Source: Bacteroidales bacterium (lineage in GTDB: Bacteria; Bacteroidota; Bacteroidia; Bacteroidales; Paludibacteraceae). Taken from it: 64,000 nt of DNA. The notes below the pieces were generated by a model. The model was not told where the DNA came from, searched no databases, and saw only the letters and a program-made list of their open reading frames with translations. Location of the stretch: assembly GCA_022783865.1 (NCBI GenBank), contig JALFYY010000007.1:4020-68019 (forward strand), in the 5' to 3' direction. Positions 61,619 through 64,000 of the stretch are shown piece after piece; within the stretch, counting starts at the first letter, position 1, and every line of letters begins with the position of its first letter. The position numbers and the translations under genes are program-made.

Positions 61619-62596
61619 ATGAAGGTCATCATCGATAGTCATATTCCTTATATAAAGGGTCTGCTCGAGCCTTATGCCGATGTGCAGTATCGGGAGCCGC
61701 AAGCCATTACACCCGATGCCGTGCGTGATGCCGATGCGCTCATTGTGCGCACCCTTACCCGTTGCGACCGGCAGTTGCTGGAACATAGCCGTGTGCAGTT
61801 CATTGCTACCGCCACCATTGGTTTCGACCATATAGATACCGACTATTGCCGGCAGCGCGGCATCACGTGGACCAACGCTCCCGGATGCAATGCCCAAGGC
61901 GTGTGCGACTATGTGGAAACGGCACTCGATTACGTCGAAAACCTACAAGGCAACCGGCGCCAGACCATAGGCATAGTAGGCGTCGGGCATATCGGCAGTT
62001 TGGTAGCACAGATGGCTGAACGCAAAGGCTACACCGTCCTGCTCAACGACCCGCTACGGGCAGCCGCAGAAGGCGGGGCGCAGTATGTCCCTCTGCAAAC
62101 CATTATCCGTGAGGCGGACATTATCACTTTCCATACGCCGCTCACCGCCGCAGGCGACTATCCAACCTGGCACCTCATGAACGAAGCATTGCTCTCTCAG
62201 TTGCGCCCCGATTGTCTGCTCATCAATGCGGCACGAGGCGGCATTATCGATGAATCCGCATTGCTCCGCCGTCTCTCGCAACCCAGTGCTCCCACACTCA
62301 TCATCGATTGCTGGGAGAACGAACCGAATATCAATACAATTTTGCTCCGCCAAAGCCTGATTGGCACCTATCATATTGCAGGCTACACCAAAGCAGGCAA
62401 ACTGAGTGCCACACAAATGTGCCTGACTGCATTCTGCCGGCACTTTGACATTCCTGAAACAAGCGTTTGCACAAATCAGGAAAATAGCGTACCTTTGCAA
62501 GGTGGAGCGGGCTTCGATATTGAGCGGCTCAGCAGGCAACTCAAAAGCGCACCCTGGCAGTTCCGTACGCTCCGGCAGAACTACCCGCTCCGCTAA
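61619..62596 (+). CDS. pdxB: 4-phosphoerythronate dehydrogenase (PdxB-like D-2-hydroxyacid dehydrogenase)
   Basis: DADALIVRTLTRCDRQLLEHSRVQFIATATIGFDHIDTDYC...APGCNAQGVCDYV...IGIVGVGHIGS. Confidence 0.8.
   Translation: MKVIIDSHIPYIKGLLEPYADVQYREPQAITPDAVRDADALIVRTLTRCDRQLLEHSRVQFIATATIGFDHIDTDYCRQRGITWTNAPGCNAQGVCDYVETALDYVENLQGNRRQTIGIVGVGHIGSLVAQMAERKGYTVLLNDPLRAAAEGGAQYVPLQTIIREADIITFHTPLTAAGDYPTWHLMNEALLSQLRPDCLLINAARGGIIDESALLRRLSQPSAPTLIIDCWENEPNINTILLRQSLIGTYHIAGYTKAGKLSATQMCLTAFCRHFDIPETSVCTNQENSVPLQGGAGFDIERLSRQLKSAPWQFRTLRQNYPLR
62489..62496 (+). promoter_or_regulatory. -7 box TAccTTTG (proS), inside the 3' end of pdxB
   Basis: 143 nt upstream of ATG 62639. Confidence 0.4.
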
Positions 62597-62638
62597 ACAA
62601 CCAACGAACTACAAACAAAGCATTAAACTATATTATCT

Positions 62639-64000
62639 ATGGCATATCAGAAACTTACAACACGTGCAGAAAACTATTCGCAGTGGTACAACGAACTTGT
62701 AGTAAAAGCCGATTTGGCAGAACAATCCGCAGTGCGCGGCTGCATGGTAATCAAACCCTACGGCTACGCTATCTGGGAACGCATGCAGGCGGAACTGGAC
62801 CGCATGTTCAAAGAAACCGGACACCAGAACGCCTATTTCCCGTTGCTTATTCCGAAATCGTTCCTTTGCCGCGAGGCGGAACACGTGGAAGGCTTTGCCA
62901 AAGAGTGCGCCGTAGTAACCCACTACCGCTTGAAGAACGACCCCGCCGGCAAGGGCGTGATTGTGGATCCTGATGCCAAACTCGAGGAGGAACTCATTGT
63001 ACGTCCCACCTCGGAAACCATTATCTGGAGCACCTACAAGAACTGGATTTCTTCCTACCGCGACCTGCCTATTCTTTGCAACCAATGGGCTAACGTGATG
63101 CGTTGGGAAATGCGTACGCGTCTTTTCCTCCGCACTGCCGAGTTCCTTTGGCAAGAAGGACACACCGCACACGCTACCCGTGAAGAAGCGTTGGAAGAAG
63201 CCACCCGTATGCTTAACGTATATGCCGACTTTGCCGAACGTTTCATGGCTATCCCTGTTATCAAAGGAGTCAAAAGTGCCAACGAACGTTTTGCCGGTGC
63301 TATCGAAACATTCTGTATCGAAGCCCTTATGCAGGACGGCAAGGCGCTCCAAGCAGGTACGTCGCATTTCCTCGGGCAGAACTTCGCCAAAGCCTTCGAC
63401 GTTACTTTCCTCAACAAGGAGAATAAACAAGAATACGTTTGGGCAACTTCGTGGGGCGTCAGTACCCGTCTGATGGGTGCCCTCATCATGACGCACTCCG
63501 ACGACGACGGTCTGGTGCTGCCGCCGCATCTCGCTCCTTATCAGGTAGTCATCGTGCCTATCTTCAAGAAGCCGGAGCAGTTGCAGGAGATTCTATCGAA
63601 ACTCGACCCTGTCATTGCACAACTCAAACAGATGGGCATCCGTATCAAACTCGATACCAACGACCAGCAAACGCCGGGTTGGAAGTTCGCAGAATACGAA
63701 CTCAAAGGTGTTCCCGTCCGTTTGGCTATGGGTGCACGCGATATGGAGAACGGCACTATCGAAGTCTTCCGCCGTGACACCAACACCAAAGAAACCCTGC
63801 CTTTGGAAGGTATTGCAGAGCACATCCAAGCCCTTTTGGAAAACATACAGCAAACTATCTTCCAAAAAGCGCTCGACCGTCGCACCGCCTATACCCGCAC
63901 CGTTGATACCTACGAAGAGTTCAAGGAAGAAATCAAGAAAGGCGGTTTCCTGCTCTGCCATTGGGACGGTACTCCCGAAACGGAGGAGAAAATCAAGGCG
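62639..64000 (+). CDS. proS: prolyl-tRNA synthetase (5' 454 codons; continues past window end)
   Basis: Absent from the ORF track because it is open at the window edge. My translation, [50 protein letters not shown]...[10 protein letters not shown], is archaeal/eukaryote-type ProRS as found in Bacteroidetes. A TAccTTTG box lies 143 nt upstream. Confidence 0.9.
   Translation, partial: MAYQKLTTRAENYSQWYNELVVKADLAEQSAVRGCMVIKPYGYAIWERMQAELDRMFKETGHQNAYFPLLIPKSFLCREAEHVEGFAKECAVVTHYRLKNDPAGKGVIVDPDAKLEEELIVRPTSETIIWSTYKNWISSYRDLPILCNQWANVMRWEMRTRLFLRTAEFLWQEGHTAHATREEALEEATRMLNVYADFAERFMAIPVIKGVKSANERFAGAIETFCIEALMQDGKALQAGTSHFLGQNFAKAFDVTFLNKENKQEYVWATSWGVSTRLMGALIMTHSDDDGLVLPPHLAPYQVVIVPIFKKPEQLQEILSKLDPVIAQLKQMGIRIKLDTNDQQTPGWKFAEYELKGVPVRLAMGARDMENGTIEVFRRDTNTKETLPLEGIAEHIQALLENIQQTIFQKALDRRTAYTRTVDTYEEFKEEIKKGGFLLCHWDGTPETEEKIKA

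Overview
This 64-kb window looks like a Bacteroidales-type chromosome. That placement is an inference, since no database search was run. It rests on TAnnTTTG -7 promoter boxes in front of most operons, several T9SS-type C-terminal sorting domains, DUF4248/DUF4292-like genes and the dut/TPR/lipoprotein/M23 gene order. The window splits into five regions. (1) 1-19.5 kb holds a minus-strand surface-glycan locus of mosaic GC content. It encodes GT2 enzymes, hexapeptide acetyltransferases, a GT2-TagF fusion, a gtrB/GT-C/gtrA module, a CitE/MaoC/PglD-like/WbqC/DegT amino-sugar module and a Wzt-like ABC ATPase. Three of its genes are decayed: gtrB is frameshifted in a C8 tract, one GT2 is frameshifted and truncated, and an ATP-grasp gene survives only as a stub. 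A plus-strand five-gene operon (9.1-11.1 kb) that resembles a phage lysis cassette interrupts the locus. (2) 19.6-38.3 kb is an 18.7-kb run of nine minus-strand genes that all encode exported proteins. These include two GH13 amylases, a multi-CBM protein, a 1609-aa protein, a paralogous pair of CBM-like proteins, two paralogous beta-barrels (one fused to STN and OmpA domains) and a small anchored protein. Five carry clear T9SS CTDs and no SusC/SusD pair is present. (3) 38.9-45.4 kb is housekeeping: rimM, FKBP, M23, TPR, dut and a lipid kinase. (4) 45.4-48.5 kb is a repeat-rich 815-bp gap followed by a two-gene block whose second gene is strongly AT-rich. (5) 48.5-64 kb is housekeeping: murQ, a sugar kinase, a UvrD/PD-(D/E)XK helicase-nuclease, SUI1, TrmH, lipB, a U32 peptidase, rplS, ybaK, EamA, panC, pdxB and partial proS. 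I recognised no rRNA, tRNA, CRISPR array, transposase or integrase. The most interesting observations are listed here. First, a complete DUF559 (Vsr-like endonuclease) unit is nested in-frame inside the DegT aminotransferase. Second, the lysis-cassette-like operon sits inside the glycan locus. Third, the T9SS amylolytic cluster lacks SusC/SusD and carries an STN-barrel-OmpA plus paralog module. Fourth, there is a C8 frameshift in gtrB and a C9 tract in an acetyltransferase. Fifth, a perfect 20-bp inverted repeat sits at a gene-truncation breakpoint. Sixth, a pervasive family of 8-bp-period word repeats and a REP-like hairpin fill the intergenic spacers and occasionally enter ORFs.
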